The notes under the pieces were generated by a model, which searched no databases, had not been told where the DNA came from, and saw nothing but the letters and a program-made list of their open reading frames with translations. 64,000 bases of DNA from Rhodothermales bacterium (GTDB lineage: Bacteria; Bacteroidota; Rhodothermia; Rhodothermales; VXPQ01): the NCBI GenBank assembly GCA_951812345.1, contig OX638295.1:681987-745986 (forward strand). Direction: 5' to 3'. A program made the translations under genes and the position numbers. Of the stretch, positions 1 to 10,525 are shown piece after piece. Position 1 is the stretch's first letter. Each line of letters opens with the position of its first letter.

Positions 1-768
1 GGCATATCCATCGTCATTATGGTGGGCATTATCGCCTTTTTGCCCAATGCCCTCTTCAACGAGTTTACGCTCACGGATAATCTCTTCATCTTCCTGATGG
101 AGATCGGCATATGGGCGCTTGTGATGCTTGGGGTGGTGCTTATTTCTCAGGGTACGCGCCGTATTCCCGTGCAGTATGCGAAGCGTGTCGTGGGACGCAA
201 AGTGTATGGCGGCACAACCCAGTATCTTCCGATTCGCGTCAATGCGGCGGGGGTCATGCCCATTATCTTTGCGCAGTCGATCATGTTCGTTCCGGCGACG
301 GTCGCGTCGTTTTTCCCCGACAGCGCCTTCATGGTCCAATTCGGACGCTGGTTCTCGGATATTTCCGGTTGGGGATATTCGACCGTTTTCTTCGTGATCT
401 GCGTGTTCTTTACCTATTTCTATACCGCCATTGCAGTCAACCCGAGGGAAATGGCGGATACCATGAAGCGGCAGGGTGGATTTATTCCCGGAATCAGGCC
501 GGGTAAGCAGACGAGCGAGTTCATCGACAACATTCTGACGAAAATCACCCTGCCCGGATCGATGTTTCTCGGGCTTGTTGCGATTCTTCCCGCATTCGCT
601 ATGCAGGCTGGCGTTTCGCAAGGTTTCGCCATCTTCTTCGGAGGGACGAGTCTGCTTATTCTCGTGCAGGTGACGCTGGATACGCTCCAGCAGATCGAAA
701 GCCATCTGCTCATGCGCCATTACGATGGCTTCATGAAAAGCGGACGCGTTCGCGGACGATATATGTAG
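1..768 (+). CDS. secY: Preprotein translocase SecY, 3' part (gene starts before window)
   Basis: Multi-TM protein with LPIRVNAAGVMPIIFAQS, GGFIPGIRPG and FGGTSLLI motifs; precedes map and the ribosomal genes. Confidence 0.97.
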   Translation, partial: GISIVIMVGIIAFLPNALFNEFTLTDNLFIFLMEIGIWALVMLGVVLISQGTRRIPVQYAKRVVGRKVYGGTTQYLPIRVNAAGVMPIIFAQSIMFVPATVASFFPDSAFMVQFGRWFSDISGWGYSTVFFVICVFFTYFYTAIAVNPREMADTMKRQGGFIPGIRPGKQTSEFIDNILTKITLPGSMFLGLVAILPAFAMQAGVSQGFAIFFGGTSLLILVQVTLDTLQQIESHLLMRHYDGFMKSGRVRGRYM

Positions 769-801
769 TCGGTCGTAAGACCTTCCCGTCTTTGCAAGCC
801 C

Positions 802-1629
802 ATGGCCTTGACGAAAAGCGCATACAAAATCGACCGCCTCAGGGAAAGCGCGGAGCTTGTCGGGCAGACGCTTGGTCAAGTGGCGCGGTACATTCGCCCG
901 GGGGCCACGACGCGGGAGCTGGATCGGATAGCGGAAGCATTCATCCGCGACCATGGCGCCGAACCGGCATTCAAAGGATATCGTGTGGGTAACCTGACGT
1001 TTCCCAGCACGCTCTGTACATCCGTAAACGATACGATAGTACATGGCATTCCGAATGACAGCCCGCTTCAAGAGGGGGACCTGCTGTCGGTTGATTGCGG
1101 CGTACGGCTGAACGGTTATTACGGCGATAGCGCCTATACCTTTGCTGTCGGTGAAATTTCCGACGAAAAGCGTGCTTTGTGCGAAACGACGTACGCAGCC
1201 TTGTACAAAGGTATCGAGCATGCCACGACGGAGGGGCGTATCGGGGATATATCCTTTGCTATACAGGAATACTGCGAAAGCAGGGGGTATGGCGTCGTGC
1301 AGGAACTCGTGGGGCATGGCATCGGCAAAAAACTTCACGAGAAGCCTAATGTGCCGAATGTCGGCGAACCGGGGACCGGATCCCGACTGGTGCGCGGCAT
1401 GACGCTATGTATCGAACCCATGATCAACCTGGGGACCGCCAGGACCGTAACGGATCCGAACGGCTGGGCTATTCGCGCAGCGGACGGGAAAGCCGCCGCG
1501 CATTACGAGCACATGGTGGTTGTGTATTCCGGCAAGGCGGAAGTGCTCAGCACCTTCGAGTATATCGAAGAAGTGTCCGGCGTTGCTTTTGATTCGCCGA
1601 CTACATACAAAATTTATGAACCTGTGTAG
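802..1629 (+). CDS. map: Methionine aminopeptidase type I
   Basis: HGIP, DCGV..GYYGDSA, GHGIG..LHE.P, EPM and HYEH metal-ligand motifs; follows secY. Confidence 0.96.
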   Translation: MALTKSAYKIDRLRESAELVGQTLGQVARYIRPGATTRELDRIAEAFIRDHGAEPAFKGYRVGNLTFPSTLCTSVNDTIVHGIPNDSPLQEGDLLSVDCGVRLNGYYGDSAYTFAVGEISDEKRALCETTYAALYKGIEHATTEGRIGDISFAIQEYCESRGYGVVQELVGHGIGKKLHEKPNVPNVGEPGTGSRLVRGMTLCIEPMINLGTARTVTDPNGWAIRAADGKAAAHYEHMVVVYSGKAEVLSTFEYIEEVSGVAFDSPTTYKIYEPV

Positions 1630-1689
1630 CCGATGCGCGTTACGTAACGGCTATGCCTTTGTTTTTCACGAACGAGACCGAGCGAACCC

Positions 1690-1806
1690 ATGAAAGTTCG
1701 TGCCAGTGTCAAAAAGCGCAGCTCCGACGATAAGATCGTTCGGCGCAAAGGGCGCATTTATGTCATCAACAAAAAAAACCCGAAGCACAAGCAGCGACAG
1801 GGTTGA
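1690..1806 (+). CDS. rpmJ: 50S ribosomal protein bL36, Cys-free type (not in ORF track)
   Basis: Hand translation [38 protein letters not shown]; lies just upstream of rpsM. Confidence 0.95.
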   Translation: MKVRASVKKRSSDDKIVRRKGRIYVINKKNPKHKQRQG

Positions 1807-1866
1807 TACCCTTCGGTGTATGATGCAGCGTTTCCGAACGGGCGCTGCCGGGAAACCTGAAAGTAT

Positions 1867-2247
1867 ATGCCTCGAATAGCCGGAGTGGACGTACCTCCGC
1901 ATAAACGCGGAGAAGTTGCCTTGTCCTCGATTTTCGGGATTGGGCGTTCTCGTGCTCAAGAAATTCTTGATCGTGTCGGCATCAAGCACGATGTGCATCC
2001 GGACGACTGGACGGAGGAGCAGACCCGAAGCGTGCGGCGCCTCATTGAGGACGAGTACCTTGTCGAGGGGCAATTGCGTTCGGAAGTACAGATGAACATC
2101 AAGCGATTGATGGACATTGGGTGTTACCGGGGCCTTCGACATCGCCGGGGGCTTCCTGTACGTGGACAGCGCACCCGTACAAATGCGCGTACGCGCAAGG
2201 GACGTCGCAAGACCGTGGCCGGAAAGAAGAAGGCGCCGCGGAAGTAA
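1867..2247 (+). CDS. rpsM: 30S ribosomal protein uS13
   Basis: [37 protein letters not shown]. Confidence 0.98.
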   Translation: MPRIAGVDVPPHKRGEVALSSIFGIGRSRAQEILDRVGIKHDVHPDDWTEEQTRSVRRLIEDEYLVEGQLRSEVQMNIKRLMDIGCYRGLRHRRGLPVRGQRTRTNARTRKGRRKTVAGKKKAPRK

Positions 2248-2283
2248 TCGTACCGTCTCGACTCCTTGTAAATCCAGGATTAT

Positions 2284-2694
2284 ATGGCGAAAAAGCAGCA
2301 AAAACCGGGGCGTTCCGGCCGTTCGGCGCGGAAACGAAACGTTATCGTCGAGTCGAATGGACAGGCGCACATCAAGGCCACGTTCAACAACGTGATCGTG
2401 ACACTGACGGACCAGTACGGAAATGTTATTTCGTGGGCCAGTTCCGGGAAGATGGGTTTCAAAGGTAGTCGCAAGAACACGCCGTATGCGGCTCAGGTAG
2501 CGGCGACAACCGCTGCGGAAGAGGCGCATGGCCTGGGTCTGCGGCGCGTAGATGTGTATGTAAAGGGTCCTGGATCGGGGCGGGAGTCGGCCATTCGGGC
2601 GCTCGCCAGTTCGGGTCTCGATATTGCGTCCATCCGGGATGTAACGCCCATTCCTCATAACGGCTGTCGTTCCCCGAAACGCCGCCGCGTGTGA
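2284..2694 (+). CDS. rpsK: 30S ribosomal protein uS11
   Basis: [30 protein letters not shown]. Confidence 0.98.
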   Translation: MAKKQQKPGRSGRSARKRNVIVESNGQAHIKATFNNVIVTLTDQYGNVISWASSGKMGFKGSRKNTPYAAQVAATTAAEEAHGLGLRRVDVYVKGPGSGRESAIRALASSGLDIASIRDVTPIPHNGCRSPKRRRV

Positions 2695-2757
2695 CGGCAG
2701 CATTGTTGCTTGTTGACCCAGTAAGACAGAAAAAAGTTAGAACAGCAGACAACACTA

Positions 2758-3360
2758 ATGGCTCGATATAGAGGCCCAAAACAGAAAGTTGCCCGGCGCT
2801 TCAAAGAACCGATCTTCGGTCCGAGTAAGGCGCTTGAGCGCAAGTTGTATCCGCCAGGCCAGCACGGACAGGGACGCCGGTCCAGAGAGAGTGAGTACGC
2901 CGTGCAGCTCAAGGAAAAACAAAAGGCGCGGTATACCTATGGTCTCCAGGAGCGCCAGTTTCGCAACCTGTTCAAGAAGGCATCCCGAAAAAAAGGCGTC
3001 ACTGGGGAAAACCTGCTGAAATTTTTGGAGGCCAGACTGGACAATACGGTGTTCCGCCTCGGTTTTGCGCGCACGAGGCGTCAGGCCAGGCAACTGGTAA
3101 ACCATGGACATATCATGGTGAATGGCCAGATCGTAAATATTCCCTCGGCGCAACTACGCCCGGGTGATATGATTTCGGTTCGACCGAGAAGCCGCTCCAT
3201 GCGGCCGATCGTGGAATCGGTTCTGCAGAACCGACGGACTTTCGCCTGGCTCGAGGTCGATCGCGGCGATCTCCGAGGCAAAATGCTGGATATGCCAGCC
3301 CGGGAAGACATTCCGGAAAACATTCGCGAGCAGTTAATCGTCGAGCTGTATTCGAAGTAG
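2758..3360 (+). CDS. rpsD: 30S ribosomal protein uS4
   Basis: [36 protein letters not shown]-terminal LIVELYSK. Confidence 0.98.
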   Translation: MARYRGPKQKVARRFKEPIFGPSKALERKLYPPGQHGQGRRSRESEYAVQLKEKQKARYTYGLQERQFRNLFKKASRKKGVTGENLLKFLEARLDNTVFRLGFARTRRQARQLVNHGHIMVNGQIVNIPSAQLRPGDMISVRPRSRSMRPIVESVLQNRRTFAWLEVDRGDLRGKMLDMPAREDIPENIREQLIVELYSK

Positions 3361-3441
3361 TTGCCTGACGATCCTTGCCGAACAGATATGTTACGGCATC
3401 CGCTATTCCACTCTTGCAAGACTTTGACCGATTGAGAAGCC

Positions 3442-4422
3442 ATGAGCAATCATGTAATCCATATGCCGGATGGCATTCAGATTGAAGATGCATCGGAATT
3501 TTCCGGGCGGTTTTCTTTACAACCCCTCGAACGCGGATACGGCGTGACGATCGGGAACGCGATGCGGCGGGTTCTTTTGTCATCGCTCGAAGGCGTTGCC
3601 ATCACGGGGGTGAAGATCGATGGCGTACAGCATGAGTTTTCAACGATCGAGGGCGTAACCGAAGATGTTGCCGATATCATTCTGAATCTCAAGGAAGTAC
3701 GCTTTCGTGCGACCGAAGAGGCGGAAGATGGCGCCATTCACCTTGTGATCCGGGGCCCCGGTTTCTTCACGGCCAAAGATATTGGCGCCGCAACGAATGA
3801 TTACGAAGTGCTCAATCCGGATCATCACATTGCCACACTGGATGAAAATGCGGCGCTGAGCATAGAGTTGCGTATTGAGCGGGGCAGGGGATACATACCT
3901 GCTGACGAAAACAAGCGCGCCGACGATCCAATTGGTGTGGTCGCCATTGATGCTATCTTTACACCGATTCGGAATGTCAAGTATTCGGTCAAGACAACGC
4001 GTGTCGGGCAAAAGATCGACTACGAATACCTTACGATGGAGATCGGCACGGACGGTTCCATTTCGGCAGAGGAAGCGCTGATGCAGGCCGCGACCATTCT
4101 ACGGAATCATGTAGATCTGTTTATTTCGATGGATAGTGTACCTGGTCCTGCCGAGAAGACAGAGGTCGTCGATACGGAAACGCAGCGTATTCGCGAATTG
4201 CTTGTACAACCCGTGGACGAACTGGAGCTGTCCGTGCGCGCGCAAAACTGCCTGAAGGCTGCCAATATCACGAATATCGGTGATCTGGTCAGCCGCGAGG
4301 AATCGGAGATGTTGAAATTCCGGAATTTCGGGCGCAAATCGTTGCAGGAACTGGTTCACGTGCTTAATGATCGGGGCTTGCATTTTGGAATGAGCGAGGA
4401 AAAATACGAGGAAAAGGCGTAG
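3442..4422 (+). CDS. rpoA: RNA polymerase alpha subunit
   Basis: PLERGYGVTIGNAMRRVLLSS; alpha-CTD LSVRAQNCLK, NFGRKSL. Confidence 0.98.
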   Translation: MSNHVIHMPDGIQIEDASEFSGRFSLQPLERGYGVTIGNAMRRVLLSSLEGVAITGVKIDGVQHEFSTIEGVTEDVADIILNLKEVRFRATEEAEDGAIHLVIRGPGFFTAKDIGAATNDYEVLNPDHHIATLDENAALSIELRIERGRGYIPADENKRADDPIGVVAIDAIFTPIRNVKYSVKTTRVGQKIDYEYLTMEIGTDGSISAEEALMQAATILRNHVDLFISMDSVPGPAEKTEVVDTETQRIRELLVQPVDELELSVRAQNCLKAANITNIGDLVSREESEMLKFRNFGRKSLQELVHVLNDRGLHFGMSEEKYEEKA

Positions 4423-4434
4423 CCGGCGGATATT

Positions 4435-5094
4435 ATGAGACACCAGAGAAAGCGACATAAACTGGGGCGCGATGCACCCCATCGCAAGGCTACGCTCGTA
4501 GCGTTGGGTAATGCATTGATCACGCATAAGCGCGTTACGACAACAGTGCCTCGGGCCAAAGCCCTGCGTACCTTCATCGAGCCCATTCTTACCCGGGCCA
4601 AAGACGATTCGCAGCATAACCGGCGGCAGGCGTTTCGGCATCTGCGGGACAAGCAGGCTGTCACGACACTGTTCACCGAAGTGGCCGAAAAAATTGGAGA
4701 GCGTCCAGGCGGGTATACGCGCGTTGTCAGGATTGGTCGCCGTGCAGGAGATGCCGCTCCCATGGCTGTTATTGAACTTGTCGATTACAATGAGACGGAC
4801 GAGGCGACCGGGGCCGGCTCGCAGAAAAGCGGTAAACGGACACGGCGCGGCGGTCGTCGGCGCAGCGCCAGGCCGGTAACGCCTGAGACCACACCAGAGG
4901 CAGGCGAAACCCCCGCAGTGGAGACGCCCGAGGATTCCGGCGCCGAGGAAGCCGTGCATGAGGAACCGGCTGAAGAGGTGAACGAGGTAGAGGCGCCTGC
5001 TCCGGAAGCGCCCGAGGCTGCGAAGGCGGAAGCGCCCGAGGCCGAGGATACAAAGAAGCCGCCGACCGGTAAGGCTTCGGAAGCATCCTCGTAG
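4435..5094 (+). CDS. rplQ: 50S ribosomal protein bL17 with long acidic/Pro-Ala C-terminal tail
   Basis: MRHQRKRHKLGR, RPGGYTRVVRIGRRAGDAAPMAVIELV followed by a low-complexity tail. Confidence 0.97.
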   Translation: MRHQRKRHKLGRDAPHRKATLVALGNALITHKRVTTTVPRAKALRTFIEPILTRAKDDSQHNRRQAFRHLRDKQAVTTLFTEVAEKIGERPGGYTRVVRIGRRAGDAAPMAVIELVDYNETDEATGAGSQKSGKRTRRGGRRRSARPVTPETTPEAGETPAVETPEDSGAEEAVHEEPAEEVNEVEAPAPEAPEAAKAEAPEAEDTKKPPTGKASEASS

Positions 5095-5165
5095 ATCGCC
5101 GGCGAGAAAATCGGGGTGCGACGGGACCTGTGCATTGCTGCGGCGCCCTTCGTATTTTCCCCTTG

Positions 5166-5324
5166 GGGACATTCTGATTAAGTCCTCTCAGCCTCCCGAA
5201 GGGCGCTTCACGCCCGCGATGCCGGAAACCTCAGTGTTTCCCGCTGATTTCAACAATGGAATTATAACATCCTTTGTGCACGAACGTGAAGCGCTGATCA
5301 AAGTGGATTTGATCAGAGTGTCCC
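5166..5324. repeat. MITE-like repeat family 1, degenerate copy with both ends
   Basis: GGGACATTCTGATTAAGTCC ... TTTGATCAGAGTGTCCC inverted ends; internal sequence similar to 61892-62147. Confidence 0.8.
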
Positions 5325-5325
5325 T

Positions 5326-5547
5326 ATGTCTCTGCGCCGCCGATTTCTCCCTCGCACCCGTGACGGGCGCATCGTAACCGTTGCCTTCGCAGCGCTGTTT
5401 CTGCTCGCGATGCCTCCGGTTACCCATGCTTTTCTGAATCGGATAGAGCCGTCTTTCTTCGGAGTGCCTTTTATCTATGCGGCGCTGTTCGTTGTCTATA
5501 CGGCCCTCATCGCCGTGCTGATTCTGGCGTACCGACGGGGCGTGTAG
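5326..5547 (+). CDS. Small two-TM protein of the type found upstream of sodium:solute symporters (DUF3311/DUF485-like)
   Basis: 73 aa, NRIEPSFFGVPF then a TM helix; directly upstream of the symporter remnant. Confidence 0.7.
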   Translation: MSLRRRFLPRTRDGRIVTVAFAALFLLAMPPVTHAFLNRIEPSFFGVPFIYAALFVVYTALIAVLILAYRRGV

Positions 5548-5569
5548 CCATCGGAGAAATTCCCTCAGC

Positions 5570-6411
5570 ATGATGGAAACCTGGGTTATCGCCACCGGCC
5601 CGATTTGCTCACGCTTCCGGGCCCATCGGGCTTTTTCACGCCCGGCATGTGGATCGGGATGGTGATCACGCTCTCCTTCGGGATCGTTTTTCAGCCGCAC
5701 ATGATGATTCGCTATTACACGGCGGTGGACGGCAAGACCCTCAAACTGCTCGGCGCAACCACGCCGATCTATTTGATGACGCTATACATTCCCGCAGCCC
5801 TCGTAGGACTGGGCGGCGCGCTGGTCATGCCGGAACTGGCGGCGGCGGACCGCATTTTTCCCGAATTGCTTTTCGCGCATGCCCCGGCGTGGCTTACCGG
5901 CGTCATTCTTGCCGGGGCTGCGGCTGCCGCCATGTCCACGCTGGATTCCATCCTGCACGCCAACATGACTGTGCTCACGCGCGATGTGTACCAGCGCTAT
6001 GTGGCGCGGGGCAAAAGTCAGGCGCACTACGTTTTCGTCGGGCGCGTCATTGTGCTTGCGCTCCTTGTGGTAGCCTGCATTCTTTCGCTGGCGGAGAGCG
6101 ATTTACTCGTGCACATCATTACGCTATCCGGCGCAGGCGCCCTCCAGCTCATGCCCGCCATCATTGGCATATGCTTTCCCGGCGGCCGCTCGCTCAGCCG
6201 GGCGGGCGTACTGGCCGGGCTGGCTGTCGGGATGGTTATTCTATGGCTTACGCTGGTCGTATTTCCTCATCCGTTAGGCATGCACGGCGGGTTGTGGGCG
6301 CTCCTCGCGAACGCAGCGGTTGCCGTGGGCGTCTCCTGCATGACGCCGCCGCCTTCCGGCGAGACGGTCGCGCGCGTTCACGGCGAGGTGGAGCGCTTCA
6401 TAGCGCAGTGA
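5570..6411 (+). pseudogene. Sodium:solute symporter with internal deletion/frameshift
   Basis: ORF 5605-6411 is only the C-terminal half of an SSS protein (QPHMMIRYY, AAAAMSTLDSILH); ATG at 5570 (MMETWVIAT) is out of frame. Confidence 0.7.
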
Positions 6412-6434
6412 AAGGATCGCCGGGATGACGGGCA

Positions 6435-6516
6435 GCGCACCCCTCGCAGCCTTCCGAAGGGCGCTTTACGCACGAACGCGAAGCGCTGATCGAAGCAGTT
6501 TCGATCAGAATACCCT
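6435..6516. repeat. MITE-like family 1, internally deleted copy
   Basis: GCGCACCCCTCGCAGCC..CCGAAGGGCG..GCGCTGATCGAAGCAGTTTCGATCAGAATACCCT. Confidence 0.7.
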
Positions 6517-6729
6517 GTACGCCTTCTGTTTCCTGCACGGGGCATTTGTTCGCGTACAAATGCGTACGTTACAGAGGCGCTGTACCCTAACGGTTTGGTC
6601 CTCGAACGCCATCCGGGGAAACCGCGCGCAGGAAGCGAGATTTAATCCTTATAGATATCCTTATTCGCGGCTGTCGCATACGGCCGCATGCAGTCGCATA
6701 CATAGCCCGGTGGTTTTACCAACGATTCC

Positions 6730-8973
6730 ATGTTGCGAGCTTCTTCCATCCTGAGCAATACCGACTTGCAGGTCGAACCGGAATTCGAAGCTGGGCTCGA
6801 CGAATTGCTCGAGGCGTGCCGCCAATCCCTGCGGTCGGTGGATGAGGATATGATCCGTCGCGCCTTCAGGCTGGGTTACTGGGCGCATCGCAACGATCGG
6901 CGAGCCTCGGGGGAACGATTCATTACGCACCCGATCGAGGTAGCGGTGATCGTGGCCAGGGACATCGGGTTCGACGACATAAGCGTCGTCTCGGCGCTAT
7001 TGCACGACACCGTGGAAGACACCGAGTTTTCTCTGGACCTCATACGGGAAGAATTCGGCGAGACGGTGTCGAACATCGTCGACGGGCTGACCAAGATCCG
7101 GGGGGTTTCCTGGAACCGCGAACTGGGCCAGGCGGAAAATGTCCGCAAGCTCATGCTTTCCATGGCGACGGACATTCGCGTCATTCTCATAAAGTTTGCA
7201 GATCGTTTGCACAACCTGCGGACTATCGAGTCGCTTCCCAAACAAAAGCAACTCAAGATTGCAAGCGAGACGCTGGATCTCTTTGCGCCGCTTGCCCACC
7301 GTTTCGGGCTGCACGTTATCAAGGACGAGTTGGAAGATATTTCCCTGAAAATCATCCACCCGGAAGAATTCCGCGACATTGTGCAAAGTTTGCAGGCCTC
7401 CAAAGTCGAGCGGGACGGCTATGTGCGCCGTTTTATCGAACCGTTGCGGGAGCGTCTCGAAAGCGACGGGTTCGATTTCGAGATGGCCGGCCGGTCGAAG
7501 AATCTCTATTCGATCTGGCGGAAAATGAAGCGGACGGATAAGCCGATCGAAGAGATATACGACTTGCTTGCCATTCGTATTGTCCTGCAAAGCGCCGGTA
7601 AAAAAGGAAAAGAAGATTGCTGGAGGGTGTATTCGATCATTACGGATCTGTACAAACCGTTGCCGGAGCGCTTCCGGGATTTCATTTCGGTGCCCAAGTC
7701 CAACGGCTACCAGAGTCTGCACACGACGGTTCTGGGGCCCACGGGGCGGCGGGTGGAGGTGCAGATCCGCACGGACGAGATGCACGCCATCGCCGAGCGC
7801 GGCGTGGCGGCGCACTGGAAGTACAAGGAAGCCGTGAGCGACCGGGACCGCGGGATGGAGCAATTTCTCGTATGGGTGCGGGATATTCTTGAAAACCCCA
7901 ACCCCGAACACGCCACGGAGTTCGTCAAGGAGTTTCGACTCAATCTGTACGACGAGGAAATATACATTTTCACCCCCAAGGGGGATTTGAGGACGCTGCC
8001 CCGCAATGCGACCCCTATCGATTTCGCCTTTCAGGTGCATACCGAAATAGGCATGCACTGCATCGGGGCGAAAGTGAACGGCAGGATGGTGCCGCTTTCG
8101 TACAAGCTTCAGAGCGGCGATCAGGTGGAGGTCATCACCTCGAAGAAGCAGACGCCGAATCCGGACTGGATGAAGTTTGTCGTTACGCACAAGGCGCGCA
8201 GTAGAATACGGCATTTAATCAACGAGAAGCGCCGTCGCAGCATGGACCTGGGCCGGGAAATGCTCGAGAAAAAACTTGACAAGGCCGGTCTGGACGTTGA
8301 CGACCAGAAGTTGCGCGGAGCAGCCAACCGGCTCAAGTTTCCGAACGCCCAGCAAATGTTCTACGAGATCGGGACGGGACTTTTCGATGCGAAGGATTTT
8401 GTGGAGTTCATCAGGAACGAGTCCCGCGCCCGAAAGGAAGAGGAAGAAGAGGCTGCCGAGGAGGAAGGACTCCGGTTGCGGTACGAAAATTTCCTGGATT
8501 CTGCGCAGGTGGCGGCCCAACCGGCGCTCGAAATCGACGGGGAATTGCATACGGACATCGTCACGCGGTATGCGCCTTGCTGCAATCCGATTCCCGGCGA
8601 CGATGTGTTCGGCTACATAAGCCGCAGCGACGGCATAAAGATTCACCGCATCAATTGCCGGAACGCTCCCAGCCTGCTCGTAAACCATCCCGACCGCATC
8701 GTATCGGTGGAATGGAGCCGGCAGAAAGACGTGCAATTCCTGTCCGGCTTGCGCGTGATGGGAGAGGATCGCGTGGGCATGGTAAGCGATATCACGACCG
8801 TTATTTCCAAAAACCTGAAAACGAACATTCGTTCCATCACGGTGGATTCCGAGGATGGCGTTTTTGAGGGCACGATCGTGTGCTCGGTGACGGATCTGTC
8901 GCATCTTCGCCGCCTTATCGAGCGGCTGAAGCGCATCGACGGGATTCACGGAGTGTACCGGTTCGAGGAGTGA
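6730..8973 (+). CDS. spoT: Long RelA/SpoT (p)ppGpp synthetase/hydrolase
   Basis: HD motif ALLHDTVED, synthetase YDLLAIRI and KSNGYQSLHT, TGS (DFAFQVHTEIG), C-terminal ACT domain. Confidence 0.95.
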   Translation: MLRASSILSNTDLQVEPEFEAGLDELLEACRQSLRSVDEDMIRRAFRLGYWAHRNDRRASGERFITHPIEVAVIVARDIGFDDISVVSALLHDTVEDTEFSLDLIREEFGETVSNIVDGLTKIRGVSWNRELGQAENVRKLMLSMATDIRVILIKFADRLHNLRTIESLPKQKQLKIASETLDLFAPLAHRFGLHVIKDELEDISLKIIHPEEFRDIVQSLQASKVERDGYVRRFIEPLRERLESDGFDFEMAGRSKNLYSIWRKMKRTDKPIEEIYDLLAIRIVLQSAGKKGKEDCWRVYSIITDLYKPLPERFRDFISVPKSNGYQSLHTTVLGPTGRRVEVQIRTDEMHAIAERGVAAHWKYKEAVSDRDRGMEQFLVWVRDILENPNPEHATEFVKEFRLNLYDEEIYIFTPKGDLRTLPRNATPIDFAFQVHTEIGMHCIGAKVNGRMVPLSYKLQSGDQVEVITSKKQTPNPDWMKFVVTHKARSRIRHLINEKRRRSMDLGREMLEKKLDKAGLDVDDQKLRGAANRLKFPNAQQMFYEIGTGLFDAKDFVEFIRNESRARKEEEEEAAEEEGLRLRYENFLDSAQVAAQPALEIDGELHTDIVTRYAPCCNPIPGDDVFGYISRSDGIKIHRINCRNAPSLLVNHPDRIVSVEWSRQKDVQFLSGLRVMGEDRVGMVSDITTVISKNLKTNIRSITVDSEDGVFEGTIVCSVTDLSHLRRLIERLKRIDGIHGVYRFEE

Positions 8974-9105
8974 CGGATCTTTTTTGCCTGCGGGGCTTGT
9001 ATATCGCGCCCTTTTTTCCGTAAACTATTGCTCGTTTTTTGCCCCTAACTTCATTTATACCAGAAGGTTGCGGACTTCGTCGGAATATTCTTAAAGGCCA
9101 CTGCC

Positions 9106-9510
9106 ATGCCTGATGCATCCAGTACGCAGACCCGGAAAGACGTGGCTCGTCGGGTTGCGGAATCCATGGGCGAGCCGGTTTACAAGGCGGAACCCTGGGT
9201 TCGAGCGGTTATCGACGCGATCCGCGATATAATGATCGACGCCGATCCGGAGGTTCGCATCGAGCTGCGCGATTTTGGCGTATTCGAGGTCAAAAAGACC
9301 AAGGCCAGGCCGAAGGCCCGCAATCCGAGAACGAACCAGACGATCTTCGTGCCCGGCCGGCGCAAGACGCATTTCAGACCGGGCAAGCGGCTGAGGGAGG
9401 TCTTGCAGACGCCGCTGTCCGAATCCCCGTCCGAATCGACCCGTCGGACTCCGGACGGACCTGTATCCGGCGATTCCGCGCAAACCCCGGATGCTTCCGA
9501 AGCATCGTAG
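9106..9510 (+). CDS. HU/IHF-family DNA-binding protein
   Basis: IELRDFGVFEVK...KARNPRTNQTIFVP...HFRPGKRL. Confidence 0.9.
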   Translation: MPDASSTQTRKDVARRVAESMGEPVYKAEPWVRAVIDAIRDIMIDADPEVRIELRDFGVFEVKKTKARPKARNPRTNQTIFVPGRRKTHFRPGKRLREVLQTPLSESPSESTRRTPDGPVSGDSAQTPDASEAS

Positions 9511-9523
9511 GCTACCGGATGGT

Positions 9524-9958
9524 ATGGACGCATTGCCTCGTATCATCGGTATCGACTACGGCGCGCAGCGAATCGGCCTGGCCATGTCCGACCCGCTTCG
9601 GCTGTATGCGCAATCCCTTGGGGCCTACTCCAGCGACGAGGCACTACGGCAGCTTGCGTCTTTGAATACGGATCCCGGATTCGATACGATCGTAGTGGGG
9701 TGGCCTTTGACCTTGTCGGGCGAGGAGGGAGCGGCTACGGATAGTGTCCGGTCGTTCACCCGCCTTCTTTCCAGGCGTTTTCCCGGCAAAAAAATGGTTA
9801 TGCAGGACGAGCGGTATTCCTCGGTCCGGGCAAGGGATTTGCTGGTCCGCTCCGGCGTCCGCAAGAAAGCCCGCCGCCGCAAGGAAAGAATAGACGCCGC
9901 CGCCGCCGCAGTCATTCTTCAGGATTATATGGACGACACGCAGGAGCAAACATCCTGA
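9524..9958 (+). CDS. ruvX: Pre-16S rRNA nuclease / RuvX (YqgF)
   Basis: IIGIDYGAQRIGLAMSD, QDERYSS, IDAAAAAVILQDY. Confidence 0.93.
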   Translation: MDALPRIIGIDYGAQRIGLAMSDPLRLYAQSLGAYSSDEALRQLASLNTDPGFDTIVVGWPLTLSGEEGAATDSVRSFTRLLSRRFPGKKMVMQDERYSSVRARDLLVRSGVRKKARRRKERIDAAAAAVILQDYMDDTQEQTS

Positions 9959-9964
9959 TCCCTT

Positions 9965-10525
9965 ATGATTATCCCTATTCGTTTATATGGCGATCCCGTG
10001 CTCAGGGGCGGCGCCGAAGACGTCGCCGGGGACAGCGCAGAGATCCAGCAACTTATCGACGATATGATCGAAACCATGCGGGGCGCATCGGGCATCGGTC
10101 TGGCTGCTCCGCAGGTGGGCCGCACGGAGCGTATTTTCGTGGCCGATCTGGCGGCGGAAATACAGTTTGAGCCTGTGCCGGAGGAGGCGTCGCAACCGAT
10201 GGCGTTCATCAACCCCGAGATTGTCTGGGAGAGTGAAGAGGAAGGCGACTTCGAGGAGGGGTGCCTGTCCATTCCGGATATCACCGAAATGGTCAAGCGC
10301 TCCGAACGCATCCGGCTCACGTATCTGGACCGCCGTTTCCGGCCGCAGGAACTGGAAGTGGGCGATTTGCCGGCGCGCGTGATCCAGCATGAGGTGGATC
10401 ATCTCGAGGGCATTTTCTTTGTGGACCGCATAAGCGCATTTCGAAGGCGTCTTCTGCGCCGTAAGCTCCGCGAGATCGCCAGCGGAAAGGCGGAAGCCGA
10501 TTATGCCTTGTATAGGATACTCTGA
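9965..10525 (+). CDS. def: Peptide deformylase
   Basis: GIGLAAPQVG, EGCLSIP, QHEVDHLEG. Confidence 0.97.
   Translation: MIIPIRLYGDPVLRGGAEDVAGDSAEIQQLIDDMIETMRGASGIGLAAPQVGRTERIFVADLAAEIQFEPVPEEASQPMAFINPEIVWESEEEGDFEEGCLSIPDITEMVKRSERIRLTYLDRRFRPQELEVGDLPARVIQHEVDHLEGIFFVDRISAFRRRLLRRKLREIASGKAEADYALYRIL

Noticed and set aside
4790-5094. Acidic tail of bL17 as a novelty
   Set aside because: Low-complexity C-terminal extensions of bL17 are common in several phyla.
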